From Lepidodermella squamata (taxonomy: Eukaryota > Animalia > Gastrotricha), in assembly GCA_047495785.1 (NCBI GenBank), contig JBLDXI010000003.1:1302001-1366000 (forward strand): 64,000 nucleotides of DNA, read 5' to 3'. The notes below the pieces were generated by a model. That model was not told the DNA's origin. It did no database searches and was given only the letters and a program-made list of their open reading frames with translations. Below are positions 35,609-47,418 of this stretch, in pieces (position 1 is the first letter of the stretch; the number at the start of each line of letters is the position of its first letter). A program made the position numbers and the translations under genes.

Positions 35609-37460
35609 TATACGTTTTCCTCCGAAGATAAACAATTCGGCAGTGAAAGGGTTTATACGGGCTGTAAAAAGCGGCACGCGATCTGAACGAGAGAGCGATT
35701 AGCGCTCAACTGCCTTATTTTCATTAAATTTTAACCAATTTCAGCACTGCCAAATTGAGCTCTGAGGGTCAATTTTTCTCTCAAACCGGGTGACATTCGG
35801 TCACTCAACGGCTTGTAACCACTGTGTGGATTTTTGACATCTTGGTATCCTTGGACAGTCCTGGAAACGCTCAAACAGATGGGAACTAAGCAAACGGTTC
35901 TTTCCACGGTGAATGTCACGTAGAGAAGTCACAAATGTATTATAAAACGATTTTCTTCAGTAATTTTTCGCCCAGGACAGTTGACATTCGATCCAGTCTG
36001 CGCCTAGCCGCTGGGCGAAATGAGTAACTCCTGGTATCGTTAGCGCAACCACCGTTATGCGTGTACGAAATGTGATGCGTACATGCTATGCAGTTATATA
36101 CGATATGCGTTTTATATGGCAAGCAAGCGTATATATGCGCCATACGCACACCAAACACGAGTATACTGTAACGCTACTGCAGCCAGACATGGGAATATCG
36201 CTAAGAAATAAGACTTCCTTCTGCAAAACATCTAGGAAATTGCCGTTTAACCGATGAAAGAAATCTCAAAGCGGATAGTTTGTCAATGCGGATATTAATA
36301 AATTTCGAATTTGCAAAACAAATAACAAATATTATGAAGATAATTCAAACTAGTGGGTTGTATCCAGCTGGTTCGACATACAAAATTTGAATTCCTTTGT
36401 ATGCACTCTAAAGAAATCAATCCCATGGATAGACTTTCGGCGCTTTCAACCAGCCTAGTAGATTGGATTTTAGGCTATCTAACGAGGCGAAGCAATAAAA
36501 ACTCCATCCACGGGTTTTTAAGAAAGAGAACCGTAAAGTTGACCTAATTTCAGCCAAAAACAGCCATATTGCGACATTTGACTTTCGCCCCTTTGTGATT
36601 TCCGTGGTTGGACTTTCGGCGCTTCCGACCAGCCATGTAGAGCAGGCCTTGGGTTGTTTAGTGATATGAAAAAATGCAATTGTCATCCACGGTCTTTCGG
36701 AGATGCAGGCGCTTGAAGGCTGAAAAACGCCAATTTTTCACTTTTTCTTAGGTTTTCGGAAGATTTTGAAAATTCCAGCCACGAATTTATATTTCTTTAT
36801 CCTTCTTCATGTTGTCCTAGATTTCTTGGCAATAATTTTGTGGAAATTTCTCATAGTTATCCACGAAATCAAACTGCTACGTCAAGTCCGCGTAATGAAC
36901 TACAAACCTTGATTTTCTGTCCTTACTCGATGTAGAACAATCGCCAGTGGTTTAAACTACGTCATTTTTTCTCAAATTGTCCAGTCGGGGCCTTGTATTC
37001 ATGCAACGTGAAAGAAAATTTGATGCAAAGGCAGGAGACTAATCAATCAACGATTTATCGACAAATTCAACATCAAGTCAAATCAGAATTTTCTCAGAAA
37101 TCATCAGTTTCTGAAATATCCAGCCACAGAAATTGAGAAATTGTTTCGAGACCTGCAGCGTCAGAGCCCAATCAGTCAGCATTTTTCAGAAAAACATGAC
37201 ATCATCCTCGAAATAAAGATACTTAATGAAACTTAGCTCAAATTTATCGAGGCTCGAAGGTTTTTGCCAGAAAATACCTACGGCAGTGCTAGTATGTGTG
37301 CTGTACATTCATATGTATGCATATTGTATAGGCTAGTAAAGTCTTGTACACGCGCATCTATGCGAATATAAATGTAAACAGTGCGCGGGTAAGGAAAGCG
37401 CGCGGATTTGCCGCAGGTTATTCATAGTGCGCGAGTTCTAAACACCCTGTATCTGTCAAT

Positions 37461-40400
37461 TATTTATTTATTTCAAAGCTATGACGCCCAAGAGAGAGCA
37501 GCTTGACAATAGTGAATTGAAAATGAAACAGATAATTGCAGGACAGGTTACAGAGGTATAGGACATTGGTAAATGATGACATAAGAAATGTTATTAAGTG
37601 CATATAGCAAGAGTGAGCGATTGAACAATGATGAGAATTCAGTAAAATAACAAAATCATAATAACATCACAACAAAACAGCATCGCAGCATTATAAAAAT
37701 AAATAGTATTGAATTTATCATAGGCCTAAACCAGTGGAATTTCTTTCGTAAAAATAAGCATAAACATTTGAGCGGCACGCTTCAGCTGACTCAGCATTTT
37801 GAGCTTCGGCAGGCAGTTTATTCCAGAGATCGGGACCGCGATAGCTAAGGCTCAACGTACCACGAACTGACAAATACGTCGGCTTGAACATTGGCTCAGT
37901 GTTACGTGTTGAGTAGCTGCCGACCGGGTTCAGCTTGAAAAGTGTTTGAATCGCAGCCGGTGCTTGTTTATTCAGGCAATTGTGGATGAATGTCGCCAAA
38001 TGGATGGCGTGTTTCTGTTGAACGTTGACCCAGCCGAGTCGATGGCGAAGAGGCTCCGCATCTGCGAGTGAGTGAGCGCCGCATATGATTCGGACGGCAC
38101 GATCTTGCGTTGACTGAAGCTTTGCTAGAGTAGTCGGTGCTGCCTGACCTAAGGTTAGGTCACCGTAATTGATATGGCTGAATATCAAGCCATTGGCCAT
38201 CATGATGGCAGTTTTTCGGTCGACGAATTTCGCAGCTAGTTTGAGGGCATACAATCCCCGTCGAGCCTTGCTCTTTGCACCTTTGATATGTTTTTTGAAG
38301 GAAAGTTTGCAGTCAATGGTGAAGCCAAGAGCGGTCATAACTTTTGATGGTCCGATAACTGCGTCGCCGATAGTGATGGAAAAATCCGGCGCGGATGGCA
38401 TAGCACATTTCAAAAGCAAAAACTGCGACTTTTTCCCATTAACTGCCAAAGAGTTGCTGCTGAGCCATGAGCAAACACGATTCATCTCTTGCTGTAGAAC
38501 TGATCGTAATTCATTGACATTTCTGCTTGAAAAGTAAATTGTGATATCGTCGGCGTATTGCTTTATTCTGCACCGAGTAACAACTGCTGACAATTCGTTG
38601 ACGTAAACCGTAAACATTAGGGGTCCAAGTACGGATCCCTGTGGAACGCCGAGATCCGAGATTCACCGATTCGAATGAAGACAATTCGTTGTTGACCTTA
38701 GTTGCTTGTTGGCGACCTTGAAGGTAGTTTTCTATCAGTTGCAATGCCGACGGTGATAGGCCGGCGCTACGAAAAGATTCGATAATGCCCGCGTGGTTGA
38801 ATGTATCGAAAGCCTTCGATAAGTCGATAGAAACAGCAGCAACAACCTTGCCATTACACATAGATTGCCGCCAATCCTCAGTGAACTCAGCTACGCAAGT
38901 GTCAGTTGAGTGCTTTTCTCGGAAGCCATGCTGCGATGGCGACCAAAACTTAGAGAGATGAGCTTTTAGTTGAAAAGCTAAGCAACGTTCGAACGTTCGA
39001 GCAACCGGCGATGTGATAGAGATCGGGCGATCGGGCGATCGGGCGACATCTGTTCTATTTCCTGACTTGTGAAGAGGGGTCACAATTGATGCTTTCCAAT
39101 CCCTAAGAAAAACTTTTTCAGAGATTCCCATGTTGAAAAGTCTCATAAAGTGAGGCGAAAGGGTTGACTTAGCCATTTTCACGATGCATTCCGGAACGCC
39201 ATCGTAACCAGTAGTCGATTTGTAAGAAAGCTTGTCGATTGCCGTCTCAACTTCGATCAAAGACACAAATCTGAAGTCGAAGCATTGATATCCTGTGCGA
39301 CGTCTGACATAGTTGAGGCTAGTTGAGAGCGCCTTGGCGGCCTTCTCACCGGCGTGCGCAAAGAAGACGTTGAATTCATTTGCTTTCATCAATGACTTCT
39401 CCTTGTCCAGTTCTTGAAACGAACCACGAGATTTAGGTTTCGGTCGGAATTCGCCAATAACTCGCCATATTTTCCGAGGATCTCGACCAGCTTCTTTGAC
39501 TCGCTTGTAGTATTTGGCACGTCGAATCTTGCGCCGTAGTCTTTGCCGCTGGCGACGCGAGAGATTAGGATCGATAATTGGCTGCACTCGCTTGTTTGCT
39601 CGACCAGGTTTTTTGACAATCATCGGGGCGACTTCGTTAATTGTGGCCAAAATTGCGGTTTTCAGTTTCAGCCAGTACGCCTCGCATTCAACGGGTAAGT
39701 CATCGTCGATTTTTCCCAGTTTTGCTTTTAGGCAGCTATTCAATCGGTCTGAGTCAATATTTCGAAGATCACGAAACACGCGCACATCCTTGACATTAGA
39801 TTTCTCGCTTCCTTCGTCTTCGATTACCAAGGTTGTCCCATAGTGATCGCTGAGTCCAACCACTGTCCCCGTAGTAGCAACTTTGGAGGCTGGAATGTTA
39901 GTCCAGTAATGGTCCAAGCATTTTCCTGATGCGGGGCGCGTTACCAAGTTTTCATAGGCAGGTTGTAGTCCGAAATCGTTGAAGACCTCACCCATCGCTT
40001 CTGCTACACCCGGATTTCTGAGATTCCAGTTGAAATCACCCGATATTATATGATAGTCGGCTTCTGCAGACATACATTCGGTCAAGAATGTTTCAACTTC
40101 GTCTGCGTCGGCCGATTTGAAAGTTTCGGGACAACTAGGCCGTCGATATATAGCTGTTACGGCCAGTTTTTTCCCTGACGGTAACAGTAGAATACATTGC
40201 TGATTTTCGATTGTCTTTGAGGGGATGACTCGCTCGTGAACCACGACGTATTTTTTGTACACTAATAATCCGACACCGCCTCCCTTCGATCGATTCCGCC
40301 CTTTCCAGAAACAATCGTACCCGAGATACGGATCTTTCAAGCCGGGGTTGGGCATGAAGCAGAGTCCTCGACGAATTTCGGCGTGCAACCATCTAGAATT

Positions 40401-40477
40401 TTCGTCTCGCCAAGCAAGATTACCATTGGCCTGATAACCTCCGCGAATTCAGATAAATCGGGTAATTTTTCGACCGT
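37461..40477 (-). mobile_element. 5'-truncated non-LTR retrotransposon (L2/CR1-like) ORF2: APE endonuclease + RT, frameshifted
   Basis: EN motifs (GETK, GGGVG, GDFN, LDH, SDH); RT motifs QHGFR, DLSKAFD, GVPQGSVLGP, YADD; frameshifts near 40360 and 38655; (TAAA)n 3' tail at about 37461-37475. Confidence 0.92.
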
Positions 40478-40520
40478 TCTCTTACAGCAAACATGATCAA
40501 GGCAGCTATTCTCTACGTCA

Positions 40521-41457
40521 TCAATTGAGTTTTGAATCCTCAGCCTGGTCAGCAATCATTTCTAACTTATATACCTCGAATGTAAGGCTACAGGATTCAT
40601 TAATATTGCCAATGGTGCTGTTGTTCTAATTTTACTGTTTTTTTCGAAAGTTAGCCACAAAAAGCCGACAAAAAAGCGTGAAGCTGAATCATGTGTGTAT
40701 GAAACGTTTTTATTCAGTAATCGTGAGGCTGAATAATTTCAGCATTCTAGCTTTTTACGAATCGTCACGCTTTTCTGCTGATAAATAGCCATGAAGAATG
40801 CATCAATTTCAAGCAACTCGAATCTTTAAATATTTTTCGAAATAATCTCTTACAGCAAACATGATCAAGGCAGCTATTCTCTCCATCATTGTTGTCATTG
40901 TAATGTTGGACGAACCGGTAGCTGGTCAAGCTGTTCAAGTAGCTGCTCAAGTAGCTCAGGCCTTGTGGCCGAAAATAGCCGTTTATCTAACTGGCCGCGA
41001 GCGCTGGGGCTGCGACGAGCCGCGATCGCACTCCGAAGACCGCTACGCCTACTACATCATGACCTGCGAAGACATTTATCCGCTTGTCGGGCCGAAAAAC
41101 AAGAGAGTCAAAGCGCGAGTTGCGGTAACCGATAACGCTGGCGTAGAACGAGAGGACGCCTTCGAAGTCAGCAACCGCTCGTGGAAACGCATTTGGCCCG
41201 CCGTTGATGAACGACTTGACAATTTTATCCGCGTTCACACAGGACTAACACGGGTCCGCGTTTGAATTCGCAAACAAGCTGAAACTGACAAATACATCCG
41301 GTTTCCTCTTATTTCATCCAAGTTTCCTGTTCATAGCCTGCCATTCATTGTAGCAAAATTAAGCGAAGACAACAATAAAAATAACATGATTGAAAGTATT
41401 ATGCATGTTTCATTGGATGGAATCATTATTTCTATTTTTTAGCTCATCCAGCTAGTT
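40521..41457 (+). repeat. Segmental duplication unit (right copy)
   Basis: Direct repeat of 30950-31899. Confidence 0.92.
40861..41265 (+). CDS. Secreted 134-aa ALF-like protein, copy 3
   Basis: Differs from copy 1 at 2 residues and from copy 2 at 1. Confidence 0.75.
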   Translation: MIKAAILSIIVVIVMLDEPVAGQAVQVAAQVAQALWPKIAVYLTGRERWGCDEPRSHSEDRYAYYIMTCEDIYPLVGPKNKRVKARVAVTDNAGVEREDAFEVSNRSWKRIWPAVDERLDNFIRVHTGLTRVRV

Positions 41458-42710
41458 CGCTTATCTTTATCCAAGTCAGTCGTATGGCATTCCATTGTTG
41501 ATAAATAGCGATTGGTATATAACACATAACACCGGCGGAGAAAATGTAAACGATTGTAAACCCCAGTGGCGGAAATTTGAGTAATCGATTGATTGACAGT
41601 TAGAGCTGCATATATATGAATGCAAGATGTATAGCTGACAAGCGATGCGCTGTAGAATTTATAGATTTTCGTTAATTCAAACAAAACTCAGGCATGCAAG
41701 CCGGGTCTAACTCTACATATCACCACTGGCATTAAAATTCGATAAAACCAGATAATATTATATTGACGGCAACAACTTTTCGCTTTAGAGTGAAATTTTT
41801 ACCTATGCCACATCATGGTAACCAAGCATCACACCATGCTGAGTGCATTAAACCGTTGTTTTAGCATCCAGAGGCACCTTAATACATCGTATAGGAGAAT
41901 CATTTACTTGCTCATTAAACCATGCTGTTGATATGGGTTATACATCATGTATTAACAGATCTGCTACTGCGTCCACTACCAATCCTCTGAGGGTCGGCGA
42001 CTGGCGATACATTTGCAGTTGAGAACATTTCGAAATGTATCTCACTACTTGCCAATCCTACCAAATAATAATGATTTGTGCCCCAAAACCAGGGACTTAC
42101 TTTATGCAAATTTCACTGAATTTTACGCTAGATTCTAGATTATTGAAAATATTCATTTTTGGTCCCTTTTCACACTTTAACCGCGCCTTTGATGCTGCTC
42201 AATGTAGTATGTGGAGCACGAGGTCTATTCAGGCCTGAAAAACGCACCGGCTAATGAGTGGGCGAGTGGGTTTCTTTTGCCTCATAGTAAAGCCTTGCTT
42301 TGATACATTATCAGCACATTGCACACGCGACATTATATAAGCAGCACAATTTCTCTATCGCAAACAACACTCATAGAAATGTGTTTCACGTCTACCATAT
42401 CCACCCATTGTGATAAGATAATGCATGGGGGGAAATACAATTTACTCTCACGCCTAGCCAGAAACACGCCCTGTTAAGTAAATCTGGTTCGATTCCTCTA
42501 ATTAGCTGCATGAACTGGGCTACATAGGCTTTAATGCTTGTTATTCAGCTGATCCATGCTAAGTAATAACTATCCTATCTCAAATTGCCACACCAGTTCA
42601 TATTATTGCACAGGTGTCTGAGTTGTAAAACCGACTTGCTCCAGTGTTGTTTGGGAAATGCATTATGTCTCTCAATTCTTGCTTAATTTTTTAGACCCCC
42701 AGATAACGTT

Positions 42711-44564
42711 ATGTACACCCTTCATGCAACTGGGTCGATATCTGGACTTGCATCTACCTGCCAAGTCGATGGCGTAGTCAAAGATCTATCTTCAACCACT
42801 CTCAACAGCGCTAAATCATCAAATTCCCCTCAGACCATCCACAAACAAGCTCAACCGGCTCAACGGCACGAAAATATCGACGCTGGTAGTCAAATGATAT
42901 CCTCAGCCATCGCCGAGGCTCGCCGCGTCATTCTAGAGGAGGCGAAGGGCCTGGAGAAGCAGGCTGAAATGATAAATGAATCATTCGCAAGAGCGGCTGC
43001 GGCTCTTCTGGCTATACCTGGCCGCATTATACTGACTGGGCTCGGCAAATCCGGGCAAATTGCGAGGAAACTCGCCTCGACCATGGCGTCGACAGGCTCG
43101 CCGGCTTTCTTTCTCCACCCTGGTGATCTGAACCACGGTGATTTAGGTGCGATTAATCGAGGTGATGCTGTGATTATTCTGTCGCGAAGTGGCGATGTGC
43201 CTGAACTTACCCATGCCATTCTACGGTGCCATCGGCTGGAAATTCTTGTTATTGCGATCACTGCTAAGCCTCGCAGCAAACTGGCGGAGGCAGCCAACGT
43301 TGCAGTAAGCCATTTTTGGAAATATTCAATTCTTTAATCACTTAAATATTAAATATGAGTCTGAACTTGAGGGATTTCCAATAGGGCTCAGTGACCAGAC
43401 GTTAAGCCAATCCTTTTTCTTTAGGCAATCATTAATTCTTCAATCTCCCTCCAATCTCCCATGAGTACTGATCTTATATACAGTGATTAGATCTGGTTTA
43501 CGGAACTGGTTGGAGTGGAAGGGGTTGAAAATTAAAGAAATTCCCCAGGTAATTTTCCAAAAGAAATCTTTCGGCTGTACTAAATTTCATCTAATTCAAT
43601 ACCTGACCATTTCAATCGGTTATTTAACTGGTTAGGGTTAGGTAAGGGTTAGGTTAGGGTTAGACGACTTAAAATTGGGGATTTGGAACTGATTGGAATA
43701 ATTTTGTACAGAAATCTTTGATCTTGGTACTGAATTCAATAATTTGGTAATGCATTCACTGTATCCCAACTTTCCAAGAAGAAACCAGCTGTTTCCTCTA
43801 TACTTACCAATAATCTCGGAAACAATTTTCGAGAAAGTATCTTCCTTTAGGCCATCATCAAAGTTCCATTTTTGAATTTTCAGCTGCTGATTCCTGACAT
43901 TCCTGAAGCTTGTCCTGTTGGCCTTGCTCCGACCACCTCGACAGTATGCACCCTGGCAATGGGCGACGCGGTGAGTGCTTTGAATCTTTGAAGTAATCTC
44001 AATAATGTGATTCTTATACCCCAGCTTGCTATGTATATGATGAAACGGCGCAATTTCGGCGCTGCTGATTTCCGAATCAACCACCCTGGTGGCAATATCG
44101 GCCGTCGAGCGGTCACAGTTCGCGAGCTGATCGCAAAGGACGGTGCATCCAGCGCCAACAAAGTGCCCACGCTAATGTCGTCATGCAAACTCGGCGAAGC
44201 CTTGCCCGTCCTCCTATGCAGCAGGGCTGGGATGGTCGGCATTGTTGATGATACTGGGAAGCTAGTCGACGCTTTGACAGACAGAGACGCCGGTGCAGCT
44301 ATGATGTCATCGTCTGATGCTAAGAAAACGATGACAGTCGGAGATGTTTTGGAGGATATGAAGGTGAAACGGCTGCAAAGTGGCGTGTCGATTTCGGACT
44401 TTTCGACGCAAGAAGGCGACCAAGTTGCCAGTGCCGTTGCTAAGATGTCGGCTCTTGATCTCCGCGGGGTTTTCGTGGTCGATGAAGCTGGGTATGCGGT
44501 CGGTTATCTGAGCCTCAGTGACTGCCTCGAAGCTGGAATTTCCCCAACTGCTGTAGCAAAATAA
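42711..44564 (+). CDS. kdsD: KdsD/KpsF/GutQ-family sugar-phosphate (arabinose-5-phosphate) isomerase, SIS + CBS pair; exons 42711-43304, 43884-43970, 44025-44564
   Basis: GLGKSGQIARKLASTMASTGSPAFFLHPGDLNHGDLG, EACPVGLAPTTST..LAMGDALA, DFRINHPGGNIGRR, then CBS-like repeats (VGIVDDTGKLV..TDRD; VFVVDE..AVG). Two phase-0 GT-AG introns. Confidence 0.92.
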
Positions 44565-45759
44565 CAAAACCCAAGTCATAATTTGATTAACGCAAATTTT
44601 ATTTTATTGCCTAGACCGGGCCGGAAAATTATTAATGTAAAATATGGATAAATCAGGCATGGCATTCAACGTTTTGCATCGTGATGTCAAATTCATCATT
44701 GTTGCATTTTTATATTGGAACTTTGTGCCATGAAGCTGCTATTCTATTTCACTGTAACAAGCGTTTTGATGCCCGATGTGCTGCTACTTATACTGGAAGT
44801 ACTCTTTTTGAAAGTGCTCTGTTGATGTCTACTTATTCTGCTGATAAAAGGAACTAATAAAAGTGATAAACATTGGTACATGGATTTTAGTTTTGAGAAA
44901 ATGCTGACGGTCCCGCGATCGGAGAACTTGGAACTAGTAACCTAGCAACCGTTGCTAAGATAAAGCATCGATATTATTCCTTATTTCTACCGGTCTGTGA
45001 TGGTGTCAGAGTCTCAAGAGTTAAGCCCCTTTAATATTTCCATAGCTCTATTCAAGAAATGCCTTTCAATAGCCTAAAATTTCGAATGTAAAACCTTTGT
45101 TCTAAGAGATGGTGAAAAGTAATAAGCTTCTATCAAAATGTGGGTTGTAAAAACTTGTTTTGAACTGCAACAGATCAAATTATTTTTAGAGGCAGCATGC
45201 CGCCCACTGAGCATGAACAGCACCTGGGTTTTTGGTTTTTGCCCGAAAACCACTGACAACTTCTGCTACACCCCTGCAATTCATTCAACGCTTTCGCTAA
45301 CTTAGCCATGATCAGAGGATTAAGAGAGAATTGAAACGTGACTATGACCTTGATGTGCCCTTATCGTCGCCCACTGAGCATGAATAGCCACGCAACTGTT
45401 GCAGCTTGTTTACCCGCTTTTTTATAGCGTTGGCGTCAGCTCCTGTGGTCAATATAAAGGCCGCAAAAAAGCCTCAGAATATCCAAGTGCTAATTTATTA
45501 GCTAAATTTCAATCACCATGAGTCTGCGTAGATTTCTCGCGATTAAATATCTTTCAGTTCTGGCTTTGAGGTCATTTTCTAGGTTCAATTTTAAATTTAG
45601 TTTATGACCCAGACCCCAGACGTCTAGAGTGAAATTGCCACTTTTAAAGCGCGCGCCTTATTGCTAAATTTTTATCAATGAGTAAATTCTTAAGAAATTC
45701 TATTATACATGCATTTTTTGTTAATCTTTAGACCTTTTTCTTAAACTCAAAACTCAAAA

Positions 45760-47418
45760 ATGCGAGTGAATTACTTCCCGATGATCGCCATGATTTCGAT
45801 AGGTCTGGCTATTGATGCTTCAGCCTTCAACTACTCGACGGCTGGAATTGCGGACATTCAATCAGCAATCAGGGTTGGCTACAAAACTTGTCATCAAATT
45901 GTCGACGCCTACCTAGAGCGAATCGAGATGGCCAACAGAGCGAACCTCAAAGCGATCATCGCAGTCAATCCAAACGCTACACGTGAGGCTGATGCGTTAG
46001 ACAAGTTCTGGAATGAAAATGGGAGATTCAAGGGCCGGCTTCACTGCGCTCCTCTGATTGCTAAAGACAGCATAGATGTTCGTGGAATCCCGACTACCAA
46101 CGGCCTGAATGCTTTCAAGAGCCAAGTCCCTCAGAAAGACGCGACTGCCGTGAAAAATTGTAAAGATCAAGGAGCTATCTTCATCGGAAAGGCTAACATG
46201 TCGCCGCTGTCTGATAAGGAAGCTTGGGGTAACAGTGAAACTGGAGGTTTGATTCGTAATCCCTTCGCCATGAACTACACAACTTACGGATCGAGTGGTG
46301 GAAATGCCGCTGCGGTAGCTGCTGGCCTGGCTGTTGGAGGTTTGGCTACTGAGACCGGAGTTTCGATCAATATACCTTCATCTGCTAATGGCGTAGTCGG
46401 TATCCGACCTCCAGTTGACCTTCTCAAGGCTGCAAATGCTCGGGATGGGGTTATGCCAAACTCTTTCCACCAAGACGTTGTCGGTCCTATTGCGAAATCT
46501 GTTGCAGATGCTGTTTTGATTCTTGACGGAATTATCGGTAAAGAAGGCGAGTTCAGCAGTTCTGCCTTTCATCCGCGTGGCTTGGAGAATTTAACCATCA
46601 ACATTTTCCAACTGATGGCCTACGGAAGCTTTCCGATTAGCCCTGTCGCCATTTATTCAGTCGACCAAAAGATTCAACGAATTTTTACTAACGCTGCAGC
46701 AAACATGGCGAAGTCAAATGCCGCGGTTAAGAACGTATCTGTCGATTTTGCAGCGGCTGCTCCGTACATTTTCAACATGTTCGCAATGGGAACGGCCAGC
46801 TGTATTCCTCAATGGAGAAACGTTTACTTGAATGACTCAACGCGTTTCAACTCATCAGCTTTCAGGAGCTTCGAGAGTGTTGTAGCTTCAAAGAAACTGC
46901 CAGCGTACTATCAAGCAAATTGGGAATCTGCCTTGAATCAATCTAAAATTTCAGGGCAATGTGAAAAGGAGTCTACGGCATTCGAAACTGCTGTCGCAGC
47001 TATGATTCAAAATGGCATTAATCCTATTTTAGCCGGAGCTGATTTGGCAATCTGGCCAACTTTGCCTGAGTTCCCAGCGAAACTGGGCAATGATTCGATC
47101 GCAAGAGATTGGTCATCTGCGACTACGGCGCCTATCAATTTGGTATTACTGGCTGCGTGGTCTGGCTATCCGTCCCTCACGATTCCGATGGGCTTCAGCG
47201 ACCCGACCAGGGATGCGCCTCAAGGTCTCCCGATTGGTCTATTCATGATGTCGAAGCCAGAGAAACTGTCACAACTCTTGAGAGCGGCCTATGCTTTCCA
47301 GGAGAAATACGGGGCTGCCAAATACCCGGCCAACTTCAATTCAGGACCTCGTTTGCCTCAGATCGACGAAATCTGCGGCGTACTGCGAAGTTTGCGCCTC
47401 GAAGCACGATTCTGCTAA
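45760..47418 (+). CDS. Secreted amidase-signature family enzyme, intronless
   Basis: Signal peptide; GRLHCAPLIAKDSID (Lys), GKANM, GSSGG, TETGVSINIP (nucleophile Ser), GYPSLTIPMG, GLPIGL. Confidence 0.9.
   Translation: MRVNYFPMIAMISIGLAIDASAFNYSTAGIADIQSAIRVGYKTCHQIVDAYLERIEMANRANLKAIIAVNPNATREADALDKFWNENGRFKGRLHCAPLIAKDSIDVRGIPTTNGLNAFKSQVPQKDATAVKNCKDQGAIFIGKANMSPLSDKEAWGNSETGGLIRNPFAMNYTTYGSSGGNAAAVAAGLAVGGLATETGVSINIPSSANGVVGIRPPVDLLKAANARDGVMPNSFHQDVVGPIAKSVADAVLILDGIIGKEGEFSSSAFHPRGLENLTINIFQLMAYGSFPISPVAIYSVDQKIQRIFTNAAANMAKSNAAVKNVSVDFAAAAPYIFNMFAMGTASCIPQWRNVYLNDSTRFNSSAFRSFESVVASKKLPAYYQANWESALNQSKISGQCEKESTAFETAVAAMIQNGINPILAGADLAIWPTLPEFPAKLGNDSIARDWSSATTAPINLVLLAAWSGYPSLTIPMGFSDPTRDAPQGLPIGLFMMSKPEKLSQLLRAAYAFQEKYGAAKYPANFNSGPRLPQIDEICGVLRSLRLEARFC

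Noticed and set aside
30950-41457. LTR retrotransposon (long direct repeats around an RT)
   Set aside because: The repeats contain a host gene and lack TG...CA ends or a PBS; the RT is an APE-type non-LTR ORF2.
43632-43663. TTAGGG/TTAGG telomere-like repeats (also about 30097-30119)
   Set aside because: Only a few degenerate units inside introns; insufficient for an interstitial telomere call.
1981-47418. Bacterial contamination or chimeric contig as the source of prokaryote-like genes
   Set aside because: The KdsD-like gene has spliceosomal introns; the propellers have eukaryotic signal and GPI-like ends and are interleaved with intron-containing animal genes and eukaryotic TEs; no operon structure.
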